Assembly: GCA_964229355.1 (NCBI GenBank)
Contig: CAXRDE010000005.1
Coordinates: 229,131-293,130 of the forward strand
DNA: 64,000 nucleotides
DNA from: Candidatus Sericytochromatia bacterium
GTDB taxonomy: Bacteria > Cyanobacteriota > Sericytochromatia > UBA7694
Reading direction: 5' to 3'
Position numbers and translations under genes: made by a program. The notes below the pieces were generated by a model. It was not told the origin of the DNA and made no database searches. It worked only from the letters and a program-made list of their open reading frames with translations. This document shows positions 10,140-18,954 of the stretch, piece by piece. Position 1 is the first letter of the stretch; each line of letters opens with the position of its first letter.

Positions 10140-10149
10140 TCGTCCTTTT

Positions 10150-11043
10150 TTAATAATGCCAGGGGTATTCTTCGTAGGCAGGGGAGCGCTTTTCTAAAAA
10201 GGCGTCTCGCCCTTCCTGGGCTTCAGGTGTGCCATAAGCCAAACGGGTGGCTTCACCCGCAAAAAGCTGCTGTCCCACCAAACCGTCATCTAGCAAATTA
10301 AAGCCAAATTTGAGCATGCGCATGGCGGTGGGAGATTTGCCATTGATCAAGGCCCCCCATTCCAGAGCTACTTTTTCGAGATCTTCATGAGGAACCACTT
10401 TGTTCACCATGCCCATATCAAAGGCCTCCTGGGCAGAATAGTTGAGCCCCAAAAAGAAAATTTCACGGGCCCGCTTTTGACCACATTGGCGCGCTAAATA
10501 AGCAGATCCATAGCCCGAATCAAAACTGGCCACATCAGGATCCGTTTGTTTAAAGATCGCATGTTCTTCAGAGGCAATGGTCATGTCACACACCACATGC
10601 AAACTATGGCCCCCACCCACAGCCCAACCCGGCACCACCGCAATCACAACTTTGGGCATAAACCGAATCAAGCGCTGTACTTCTAAAATATGCAGACGGC
10701 CCAAACGGGCCAGATCTTTTTCTAAGGGCGCATTTTCATATTTATAGCCATCCTTGCCTCGGATACGCTGATCACCACCCGAGCAAAAGGCCCAGCCCCC
10801 ATCTTTAGGAGACGGGCCATTACCCGTGAGCAGTACACAGCCCACATCAGAGCTTTGACGGGCGTGCTCAAGGGCCTGAAAGAGCTCGTCGACGGTATGG
10901 GGGCGAAAAGCATTGCGCACTTCAGGGCGATTAAAGGCAATGCGTACCGTGCCCTGCGATTTGGCGCGGTGATAGGTGATATCGGTAAAGTTAAACCCAG
11001 GGACTTCGTTCCAGGCTTCGGCATCAAATAAAGGAGAGATCAT
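10150..11043 (-). CDS. menB: 1,4-dihydroxy-2-naphthoyl-CoA synthase (crotonase fold).
   Basis: The sequence YHRAKSQGTVRIAFNRPEVRNAF...GGWAFCSGGDQRIRGKDGYKYE has MenB-type hallmarks. Confidence 0.9.
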   Translation of the reverse strand: MISPLFDAEAWNEVPGFNFTDITYHRAKSQGTVRIAFNRPEVRNAFRPHTVDELFQALEHARQSSDVGCVLLTGNGPSPKDGGWAFCSGGDQRIRGKDGYKYENAPLEKDLARLGRLHILEVQRLIRFMPKVVIAVVPGWAVGGGHSLHVVCDMTIASEEHAIFKQTDPDVASFDSGYGSAYLARQCGQKRAREIFFLGLNYSAQEAFDMGMVNKVVPHEDLEKVALEWGALINGKSPTAMRMLKFGFNLLDDGLVGQQLFAGEATRLAYGTPEAQEGRDAFLEKRSPAYEEYPWHY

Positions 11044-11076
11044 GAAAACAACCTACATTCTAAGTTTTTTCACATC

Positions 11077-12108
11077 TTAACAGTCAATCAGACTTCTGCC
11101 ACCGTTTTCAGAGCACCCCTTTTTAAAAAAGAGCGTCTGTTTTTGCTTTTTTACCTGAATCTGAAAGGGCAATTCAATGCCCTTCCCCCCCTGAGCAGAG
11201 CTCAACAGGATCAGGGCTTCAATGTGCCTTGAGGAAAAACGCTTCCACTCGCCGTGAAAACGGATCAGCAGTCGTTTCAAAAGCCGCCGCTGCAAGGCCG
11301 GATGCAATCCTGAAAACCCCCTCACGTCCAAACACCAAACGGACGCAGACTCCGACACACAGGCAGCATAATAACGCTCGGCCTCGCTGTCGAGATAGTC
11401 TTGTTCAGATTGTAGGCGTATCAAATGCTCCGTCAACTCAGCTTCCCAGCGTACGTTTTCTTCACGAAACCAGGGCAAAATTTGATGACGCACACGGTTG
11501 CGCAAAAAATCCATGGATTGATTGGAGGCATCTTCTAAACAGAGCAATTGATGATGCGCATGATAAGCCTCCAACTCCAGGCGTGGCCGGTTTAAAAAGG
11601 GACGCAACACAGACAGCCCCTTCAAGGACTGCGTGGCGGGCCGCATTCCCACAAGCCCCATACTGCCCCGCAACCATTTCATCAGCACGGTCTCGGCCTG
11701 ATCCTGAGCATGATGAGCCGTCACCAACGCATCGTAACCTTCGGTTTGCATCAACTCTGCAAACCACCCGTAACGCGTTTGCCGGGCACGGGATTCTAAA
11801 GAACTTTCTGTGGAAGAGAGAATGGGTTCCCGCCGTGTACTCCAGGCAGGAATCTTTTGGGCGGCACAATAGTCCATTAAAGTACGGGCCTGAGCGGCTG
11901 ACTCAGGGCGCAGTCCGTGATCGAGGTGGGCCACGGCAAAGTCACAAGCATAACGGGGACCTGCAAAGCGTTGAAAGAAATGCAGCAACACCATGGAGTC
12001 AAGGCCCCCGGAAACCGCCAAAAGATAACGCTTCTGCGGCTGAATGAGATCATGTTTAGCAATAAACTGAAAGGCATCCGCGCAGAAGCGTCGATCTTTA
12101 AAGGTCAT
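11077..12108 (-). CDS. tilS: tRNA(Ile)-lysidine synthetase.
   Basis: The PP-loop SGGLDS is present. Size matches TilS. Confidence 0.8.
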   Translation of the reverse strand: MTFKDRRFCADAFQFIAKHDLIQPQKRYLLAVSGGLDSMVLLHFFQRFAGPRYACDFAVAHLDHGLRPESAAQARTLMDYCAAQKIPAWSTRREPILSSTESSLESRARQTRYGWFAELMQTEGYDALVTAHHAQDQAETVLMKWLRGSMGLVGMRPATQSLKGLSVLRPFLNRPRLELEAYHAHHQLLCLEDASNQSMDFLRNRVRHQILPWFREENVRWEAELTEHLIRLQSEQDYLDSEAERYYAACVSESASVWCLDVRGFSGLHPALQRRLLKRLLIRFHGEWKRFSSRHIEALILLSSAQGGKGIELPFQIQVKKQKQTLFFKKGCSENGGRSLIDC

Positions 12109-12118
12109 AGCAAAAGGT

Positions 12119-13186
12119 TTAGTAACCGTATTTGGAGCGGCGCACCCCTAAAATTTCATCAATTTCAGCCATGACGGAACGCAATAAACGGGTCTTTTTA
12201 TTGTGAGGCAAAAAGGCACTCTTAAAACCATTAATAATCATATTGGCCATGTCGTTGATATCAAACTCAAAGGTGTCTGCCACCAATTTCAGCTCATCGG
12301 TCACCGTGGTACCGGATACCAAACGGTTATCGGTGTTAATGGTGACCCGCAGACCCAGCTCATAGTATTTCTTAATGGGATGGGACTCCAAAGTCTCAAT
12401 GGCTTTGGTTTGCAGATTCGAAATCAGGCATACCTCTAAAGGAATGCGGTGATCATTCATATAATTCATTAAGTCGCGATCTTCAATCAAACGGGTACCG
12501 TGGCCAATGCGGTGGGCACCACAGTAATGAAGCGCTTGCGAAATACTGCGGGGGCCAAAGGCTTCACCGGCGTGAATCGTACAGTTAATATTCTGGTTCA
12601 AAATTTTATGGAAGGCTTCTTTGTGGTATTTGGCTGGGTTGTCGTATTCAGCACCGGCCAAATCAAAAGCCACGACGCCTCGATTTTTAAAGGCAATGGT
12701 GAGATCGGCGAGCTTATCAGAGCTCTCGGGAGACATATGACGGATCCCACAGATAATGACACCGGTGGTGATGTCAAATTGACGCTCGGCATCTGCCAGA
12801 CCAATGAGAACCGCTTTAACAATCTTTTCTAAAGAAAGCCCTTCATTGGTGTGCAACAGAGGACAAAAACGCACCTCCATATATTTCACATTTTCGCTGG
12901 CCGCATCCTCAGCCAATTCAAAGGCGGCCCGACGCAAAGACTCAAAATCCTGGAGCACAGAGCAGGTAATATCAAAAGCACGCAGATACTCTTCAAGGCT
13001 TTCGCAGTTTTCACTGACCTGTACATATTGGCGTAAGCCCTCAGGATCCATGCTGGGCAGCTCAACGCCTTTTTTCTTGGCAATATCAATCATGGTTTCA
13101 ATGCGCATAGAACCGTCTAAGTGCACGTGAAGATCAGTTTTGGGAAGGCGCAGAAGGACTTCCCGATCAATGGGTTGTTTTTTCAT
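12119..13186 (-). CDS. add: Adenosine deaminase.
   Basis: It carries the LPKTDLHVHLDGS metal-binding signature. Length is 355 aa. Confidence 0.9.
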   Translation of the reverse strand: MKKQPIDREVLLRLPKTDLHVHLDGSMRIETMIDIAKKKGVELPSMDPEGLRQYVQVSENCESLEEYLRAFDITCSVLQDFESLRRAAFELAEDAASENVKYMEVRFCPLLHTNEGLSLEKIVKAVLIGLADAERQFDITTGVIICGIRHMSPESSDKLADLTIAFKNRGVVAFDLAGAEYDNPAKYHKEAFHKILNQNINCTIHAGEAFGPRSISQALHYCGAHRIGHGTRLIEDRDLMNYMNDHRIPLEVCLISNLQTKAIETLESHPIKKYYELGLRVTINTDNRLVSGTTVTDELKLVADTFEFDINDMANMIINGFKSAFLPHNKKTRLLRSVMAEIDEILGVRRSKYGY

Positions 13187-13282
13187 GTTCTTTATTTCCT
13201 TTTTTCTCAGTTTAGCAGGGTCTTAAGGGTTTGCCGAGGGATTTTCCAGCACAAGGGAACGAAAAAATAAGATTTGTTTAAG

Positions 13283-13296
13283 CTTAAACTGTTGTT
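13283..13296. promoter_or_regulatory. Perfect 14-bp palindrome GTTTAAGCTTAAAC in the divergent add / rplK intergenic region; candidate operator.
   Basis: I read it directly from the sequence. Confidence 0.3.
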
Positions 13297-13325
13297 TTCT
13301 TAATAAAGTGCGGTATACTGTTTAC
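13296..13325 (+). promoter_or_regulatory. Candidate sigma70-type promoter for the rplKAJL cluster (TTGTTT, 16-bp spacer, TATACT).
   Basis: This is a hexamer match only. It would give a leader of roughly 290 nt. Confidence 0.3.
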
Positions 13326-13610
13326 TCAATAGAATTAAAGTTTGTTCACGTATCGGGTTGTGAGTCACCTACACAGGTGCTAAAATACCCAGTCCGAGCT
13401 ACAGATTTTATCTGCTGGTTTAAGTGAAAAAGCTGTACACCTACTGCTTTCAAACAAACCAGACCCCTTGTGTTCTCGTTGCTTTTGCGGCTAAATTGCT
13501 TACCTGAATGGAGCCCTTTAAAAGCAAAAAATACACACATTTAAATTTTAATTAGAGATTTAAAAGGAGGTCAGCGGCGCTTACCACTCTTTCTGCGTCG
13601 CCCGTATATT

Positions 13611-14054
13611 ATGGCCAAAGCTAAAGATAAAGAAGTCGTTGGAGTGATTAAGCTCCAGATTGAAGCGGGTAAAGCTAATCCTGCTCCTCCGATCGGTCCT
13701 GCTTTAGGACAACATGGTGTGAACATCATGGAGTTCTGCAAAGCTTACAACGAACAAACCAAAGAGCACGTTGGAATGATTATTCCCGTTGAAATCAGTG
13801 TCATGGGCGACCGCTCATTCACTTTTATCACCAAGACTCCTCCAGCGTCTGCGCTCATTAAGCGCGCTCTGAAAATTCAAAGCGGTTCTTCGACCCCTCA
13901 GGCGAAGAACGGTGGCAAAATCTCAGCACAACAAGTGCGGGAAATTGCAGAAACAAAAATGCCCGATCTTAATGCCCGTGACATTGATGCGGCCATCAAG
14001 ATGATCGAGGGCACTGCTCACAGCATGGGAATTGTTGTTGAGCAAGCCTCTTAG
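13611..14054 (+). CDS. rplK: 50S ribosomal protein L11.
   Basis: The protein [47 protein letters not shown] is L11-like. Confidence 0.95.
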   Translation: MAKAKDKEVVGVIKLQIEAGKANPAPPIGPALGQHGVNIMEFCKAYNEQTKEHVGMIIPVEISVMGDRSFTFITKTPPASALIKRALKIQSGSSTPQAKNGGKISAQQVREIAETKMPDLNARDIDAAIKMIEGTAHSMGIVVEQAS

Positions 14055-14078
14055 AATCAAGTAAAGCGAGTGACAGTT

Positions 14079-14801
14079 ATGGCACGTTTAAGCAAAAGAC
14101 AAAAAGCGCTCCAGGAAAAAGTAGGAGGTCGTCGCGACTTCTCTCCTCTGGAAGCCCTGGAACTCATCAAAGAAACCGCTAACGCTAAATTTGATGAGAC
14201 CATTGAGGCAGCATTCTTCTTAGGGATTAACCCCAAGCATGCTGATCAACAGGTGCGTTCAACCGTAACGCTGCCCGAAGGCACGGGTCAAACCGTCCGC
14301 GTGGTAGCCGTTGCAAAAGGTGCAGCCGCTAACGCTGCAAAAGAAGCTGGCGCGATTGAAGCCGGAGCTGAAGAAGTTCTGGAAAAAATTCAAGGCGGCT
14401 GGTTTGAATTCGACGTCCTCGTTGCTACCGCCGATATGATGGGCCAACTTTCCCGATTGGGTAAAATCCTTGGTCCTAAGAAACTCATGCCCAACCCGAA
14501 AGCCGGTACCGTTGTTGCGCCATCTCCGGATGCGATTGCAAAAGCAGTATCTGAGTTCCAGGGCGGAAAAGTTGAGTTTCGTAACGATCGCCAGGGTAAC
14601 GTACACGTTATTGTCGGAAAGTCATCTTTTGAGAAGGAAAAGCTCGCACGCAACCTGGCCGCTATCCATGCTGCTATTATGCGTATGAAGCCTGCTTCAG
14701 CAAAAGGTCAATACATCAAAACCTTTGCTCTGTCGTCCACCATGGGCCCAGGTTTACGTCTTGACACAACAAAACTCTCAGAACTGGCTTCTGTTGAATA
14801 A
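14079..14801 (+). CDS. rplA: 50S ribosomal protein L1 (start may be 14070).
   Basis: The N-terminus MARLSKRQKALQEKV is L1-like. It follows rplK. Confidence 0.9.
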   Translation: MARLSKRQKALQEKVGGRRDFSPLEALELIKETANAKFDETIEAAFFLGINPKHADQQVRSTVTLPEGTGQTVRVVAVAKGAAANAAKEAGAIEAGAEEVLEKIQGGWFEFDVLVATADMMGQLSRLGKILGPKKLMPNPKAGTVVAPSPDAIAKAVSEFQGGKVEFRNDRQGNVHVIVGKSSFEKEKLARNLAAIHAAIMRMKPASAKGQYIKTFALSSTMGPGLRLDTTKLSELASVE

Positions 14802-14817
14802 ATAAGGAGAAACGGTT

Positions 14818-15348
14818 ATGGTTACATTAGCGCAAAAGCAAGAGCGCGTGGTAAGTTTGAGTGATCAAATTTCCCGTTCTAAAGTTGCGGTTGTCTCCGA
14901 TTACCGAGGTCTCTCCGTCAAAGAACTGACAGAGCTGCGCCGTAAGGTACAAGAAGTTGGTGGCGATGTAACAGTGGCGAAAAACACACTGATCCGTCGC
15001 GTTATCAACGATACTGAAGGTATGCCAGCAATCGATGAGATCTTAAAAGGACCTACCGCTCTGGTGGTCGGTTACGAAGATCCCGTTGCCCCTGTCAAAG
15101 CCTTGATGGATTTCCTCAAAGCAAACAAAAAAGAGCAAGAAGTTCGCGGTGGTATCCTCGACGGTAGAGTCGTGAACATCGATGAAATTAAACAAATTGC
15201 AACATTACCTTCTCGCGAAGAAATGATCGCCAAGTTAATGGGCTCTATGCAGTCACCTGCTCAAGGTGTTGCTATCACCCTTTCTGGCGTTGCGCGCAAT
15301 TTGGTATACGTCCTCGAAGCAATTCGGGCACAAAAAGAAAATTCTTAA
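14818..15348 (+). CDS. rplJ: 50S ribosomal protein L10.
   Basis: The sequence is L10-like. It is separated from rplA by only 16 bp. Confidence 0.9.
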   Translation: MVTLAQKQERVVSLSDQISRSKVAVVSDYRGLSVKELTELRRKVQEVGGDVTVAKNTLIRRVINDTEGMPAIDEILKGPTALVVGYEDPVAPVKALMDFLKANKKEQEVRGGILDGRVVNIDEIKQIATLPSREEMIAKLMGSMQSPAQGVAITLSGVARNLVYVLEAIRAQKENS

Positions 15349-15373
15349 AACTATTTAGGAGCATTGCATTAAA

Positions 15374-15751
15374 ATGTCTACTCTGACTAAAGAAGATATC
15401 GTAGAAGCTGTTGGAAGCATGAGCCTGCTGGAAGTAGCAGATCTCGTGAGCATGTTTGAAGAAAAATTCGGCGTTTCTGCTGCAGCCCCTGTTGCTGTAG
15501 CTGCTGCTGGCGGCGGAGCTGCTGCAGTTGCTGAAGAAAAAACCGACTTTGATGTTGTTCTCACCGACGCTGGTGCCAGCAAAATTAAAGTATTAAAAGT
15601 TGTTCGCGAACTGACCGGTTTAGGTCTGAAAGAAGCGAAAGAAATGGTTGATTCACTGCCTGCCAACGTTAAAGAAGGCGTTGACAAAGCTGAAGCTGAA
15701 GACATCAAAGCTAAAATTGAAGCTGAAGGCGGTAAAGTGGAAATCAAGTAA
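15374..15751 (+). CDS. rplL: 50S ribosomal protein L7/L12.
   Basis: It has an Ala-rich hinge and the C-terminal domain [24 protein letters not shown]. Confidence 0.95.
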   Translation: MSTLTKEDIVEAVGSMSLLEVADLVSMFEEKFGVSAAAPVAVAAAGGGAAAVAEEKTDFDVVLTDAGASKIKVLKVVRELTGLGLKEAKEMVDSLPANVKEGVDKAEAEDIKAKIEAEGGKVEIK

Positions 15752-15752
15752 G

Positions 15753-16550
15753 TTGTTACAACTTATTGATACCCACTGCCATCTCAATCTCGGTCAATAC
15801 GAGACCGATCAAGCAGAAATTATTGCAGAAGCTCTCAAGGCTGGCGTAAGCCAGATTGTAACCCCAGGGGTTACCCTTGAGAGCTTTTCCAGTGCTTTAG
15901 AACTGAGTGAAGCTTATCCTGGCAGCTTCTACACGGCTGTTGGGGTTCACCCCACAGAGGCCGCCCAGTTTAATGCGGAAAGCTATGCTTACTTTCTGGA
16001 TCAGGCCCGACAACACAAAAGTGTCGTCGCTGTGGGAGAAACAGGCTTAGATTACTACTGGGATCAGTGTCCTGAAGACCTTCAGCAAGAGGCCTTACGC
16101 CAACATATTCATCTGGCAAAAGAATGCCAATTGCCCTTAATTCTACACATTCGCGACAAAGATGGTTCCGAGCGCGCTTACCAGGATACGTTAAAAATCC
16201 TGGACGAAGAAAACGCTTCAGAGGTAGGGGGCGTTATGCATTGTTTTTCTGGCAGTTTGGCTTTTGCTCAGGCAGCCATTGCGCAAAATTTTTTTCTGGC
16301 TTATGGAGGCGTTTTGACCTTCAAAAATGCCCACACCCTTCATGAAGTGGCCGAAGCCATTGCACTGAAGCACGTGGTACTCGAAACCGACAGCCCCTGG
16401 TTAACCCCCGCACCCCACCGGGGAAAACGTAACGCCCCTGGCTACGTGCGATATGTTGCTCAAAAATTGGCAGAAATCAAAAGAGTTTCTGTAGAAGAAA
16501 TTGCCCAAATTACCACTCAGAATGCTAAGCTTTTATTTAAACTGCCTTAA
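15753..16550 (+). CDS. tatD: TatD-family metal-dependent hydrolase (DNase), with a TTG start 1 bp after the rplL stop.
   Basis: The N-terminus is LQLIDTHCHLN, which contains the HxH motif. Length is about 265 aa. Confidence 0.8.
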   Translation: MLQLIDTHCHLNLGQYETDQAEIIAEALKAGVSQIVTPGVTLESFSSALELSEAYPGSFYTAVGVHPTEAAQFNAESYAYFLDQARQHKSVVAVGETGLDYYWDQCPEDLQQEALRQHIHLAKECQLPLILHIRDKDGSERAYQDTLKILDEENASEVGGVMHCFSGSLAFAQAAIAQNFFLAYGGVLTFKNAHTLHEVAEAIALKHVVLETDSPWLTPAPHRGKRNAPGYVRYVAQKLAEIKRVSVEEIAQITTQNAKLLFKLP

Positions 16551-16615
16551 AGTTCTGTACAATACCTGAGCTGACCTTAACACCACGAGCTGACCACATA
16601 AAAGAGATTCTACCC

Positions 16616-17599
16616 ATGGACAACACCCTTACCCTCTGGATTGCCTTTAATATCTTCGTGCTATTTTTATTGGCCTTAGATCTTGGGGTTTTCAACCGTA
16701 AAAACCACGTTATCGGGGTCAAAGAAGCCCTGAGTTGGAGTGCTTTTTGGATCGCGCTGTCCCTTGTGTTTGGCGGGGGCGTCTACTATTTTCAAGGAAT
16801 GCAAGCCGGGGGCGACTTTATGACGGCCTATCTGCTTGAAAAATCCCTTAGTGTTGACAACCTCTTTGTCATCCTCCTGATTTTCAATTACTTCAAAATC
16901 CCCGGACTGTATCAGCATAAGGTCCTCTTTTGGGGCATTTTAGGCGCCCTTGTCATGCGCGGTAGCTTTATTTTGGTAGGAGCTGCTCTCATTCATCGCT
17001 TTGAGTGGATTTTATACCTATTTGGAGCCTTTTTAATTTACACCGGAATCAAAATGCTCTTTGACGATGGCGAAGCAGAAATCGACCCCGATGCCAACCC
17101 GCTGGTCAAAACCTTTAAAAAATTCATGCCAGTGACCCCCAACTTTCATGGTTCCCACTTTTTTGTGATTGAGCAAGGCAAACGCCATGCGACCCCACTT
17201 TTCATTGCACTCCTGGTGGTGGAACTCTCCGATCTGATCTTTGCGGTAGACTCCATTCCCGCGGTATTTGCAGTCACCCAGGATCCCTTTATTGTTTATA
17301 CTTCAAATGTTTTGGCCATTCTTGGCCTCCGTTCACTTTACTTTGCTCTGGCTGCCATTATTGACACTTTCCATTATCTGAAGTATGGTTTGGCTGTTGT
17401 CTTAACTCTGATTGGTCTTAAAATGTTGGCCAAAGAATTTTTGCATGATGTGCCATCCTGGGTTACCCTGAGTATGGTTTTGGGCGCTCTGGCCCTTTCT
17501 ATTCTGGCTTCGGTCATTTGGCCGCCTAAACCTGAAGAACACACTGTGGTAGAAGACGCATTTTTACACGAGAAGGAAAAGGACGAAGTTCATGGATAA
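16616..17599 (+). CDS. TerC-family integral membrane protein.
   Basis: It has multiple transmembrane segments and a DNLFVILLIF-type TerC motif. Confidence 0.8.
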   Translation: MDNTLTLWIAFNIFVLFLLALDLGVFNRKNHVIGVKEALSWSAFWIALSLVFGGGVYYFQGMQAGGDFMTAYLLEKSLSVDNLFVILLIFNYFKIPGLYQHKVLFWGILGALVMRGSFILVGAALIHRFEWILYLFGAFLIYTGIKMLFDDGEAEIDPDANPLVKTFKKFMPVTPNFHGSHFFVIEQGKRHATPLFIALLVVELSDLIFAVDSIPAVFAVTQDPFIVYTSNVLAILGLRSLYFALAAIIDTFHYLKYGLAVVLTLIGLKMLAKEFLHDVPSWVTLSMVLGALALSILASVIWPPKPEEHTVVEDAFLHEKEKDEVHG

Positions 17600-18950
17600 G
17601 CTAGTGGGTGTACTCGGGCTCTTTGCAATGTTGGGAATTGCATTTTTATTCTGTAAGCCCGAGCACCGAAAGAGCATTAACTTGCGGGTTGTCATTGGTG
17701 GAACGCTCTTACAAATCATTTTTGCAATTTTAATTCTTAAAACCCCCGTAAAAATTCTGTTTACCTATGCCAATGACGCCGTGAGTGCTTTGCTCGGCTT
17801 TACCAATAAAGGGTCAGAGTTTATCTTTGGTTCTCTGATGAGCTTTGAGAGCAACGGTTTTATTTTCGCGGTTCAAGTACTTCCCACCATTATTTTCTTC
17901 TCTTCGCTTATGACGGTCTTCTATTATCTGGGCATTATGCAGATCATTGTCAACGTCATTGCCAAACTTATGGTCAAAACCTTAAAAACCAGTGGTTCAG
18001 AAACGCTCTCGGCAGCGGCTAACATTTTTGTAGGTCAAACCGAAGCACCCCTGGTCATTAAACCTTTTGTAGAAAAAATGACCCAGTCGGAGCTCATGGC
18101 CATTATGGTAGGCGGTATGGCCACCGTAGCGGGCGGTGTTATGGCCTCTTATGTGGGCCTGCTCCAGCGCGATATCCCCACCATTGCCGGACACCTGATG
18201 GCTGCCAGCGTCATGTCAGCCCCCGCCGCCCTCGTCATGGCAAAAATCATGGTGCCTGAAACCGAAGTTTCAGAGACCGCTGGTGAAAGCGTAGAGCTGG
18301 CTACAGAACAAATAGATGCCAACGTCATTGATGCCGCCGCACGCGGTGCCGGTGAAGGCCTTACCCTGGCCTTAAACGTGGCTGCTATGTTGCTGGCCTT
18401 TATTGCCCTGATTGCCATGCTCAACGGCCTGATTGGTGTGCTTGGCGGCTGGGTTGGGGTCGAAGGCCTCTCTCTCGAAAAAATCTTTGGTTGGGTGTTT
18501 GCCCCCATGGCTTTCTTAATGGGCGTGCCCTGGGAAGACTGCACCAAAATCGGTGCGTTACTGGGTGAAAAAACCATGATCAATGAGTTTGTGGCCTATT
18601 CCCATTTGGCTGAAATGGTCAAACCGGGTTCTACAGAGGCCCTGCAAGAAAAATCAGAGATCATCGCCACCTACGCCCTGTGCGGTTTTTCAAACTTGAG
18701 TTCTATTGCCATTCAAATTGGTGGTATTGGCGGTATTGCCCCAAATCGTCGCGGCGATTTGGCCCGTCTGGGCATACGCGCTGTCATTGGGGGTTCACTG
18801 GCCTGCTTTATGACCGCTACCATTGCAGGTTTGCTCTGGAGTCCTGAAAGTGCCCCTGCAGCAGAAGTAAACCCTGCCCCTGCAGTATCTGCGCCCGCAA
18901 ACCAGGAGTCAGCACCGGCCCCTGAAGCCTCTGCAGCTGAGACCCCTTAA
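17592..18950 (+). CDS. nupC: Concentrative nucleoside transporter (NupC/CNT family).
   Basis: It is a polytopic membrane protein with CNT-like conserved segments. It overlaps the terC stop. Confidence 0.75.
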   Translation: MDKLVGVLGLFAMLGIAFLFCKPEHRKSINLRVVIGGTLLQIIFAILILKTPVKILFTYANDAVSALLGFTNKGSEFIFGSLMSFESNGFIFAVQVLPTIIFFSSLMTVFYYLGIMQIIVNVIAKLMVKTLKTSGSETLSAAANIFVGQTEAPLVIKPFVEKMTQSELMAIMVGGMATVAGGVMASYVGLLQRDIPTIAGHLMAASVMSAPAALVMAKIMVPETEVSETAGESVELATEQIDANVIDAAARGAGEGLTLALNVAAMLLAFIALIAMLNGLIGVLGGWVGVEGLSLEKIFGWVFAPMAFLMGVPWEDCTKIGALLGEKTMINEFVAYSHLAEMVKPGSTEALQEKSEIIATYALCGFSNLSSIAIQIGGIGGIAPNRRGDLARLGIRAVIGGSLACFMTATIAGLLWSPESAPAAEVNPAPAVSAPANQESAPAPEASAAETP

Positions 18951-18954
18951 TGCC

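Noticed and set aside
13187-13330. A possible purine riboswitch in the 5' UTR of add.
   Set aside because: Neither the conserved UAUGGC / GUUUCUACC-type cores nor the three-way junction pattern is visible in the reverse-complement leader.
16570-16600. The direct 9-bp repeat GAGCTGACC x2 between tatD and terC.
   Set aside because: It is too short and isolated to distinguish from chance. It may be part of the promoter region, but there is no further support.
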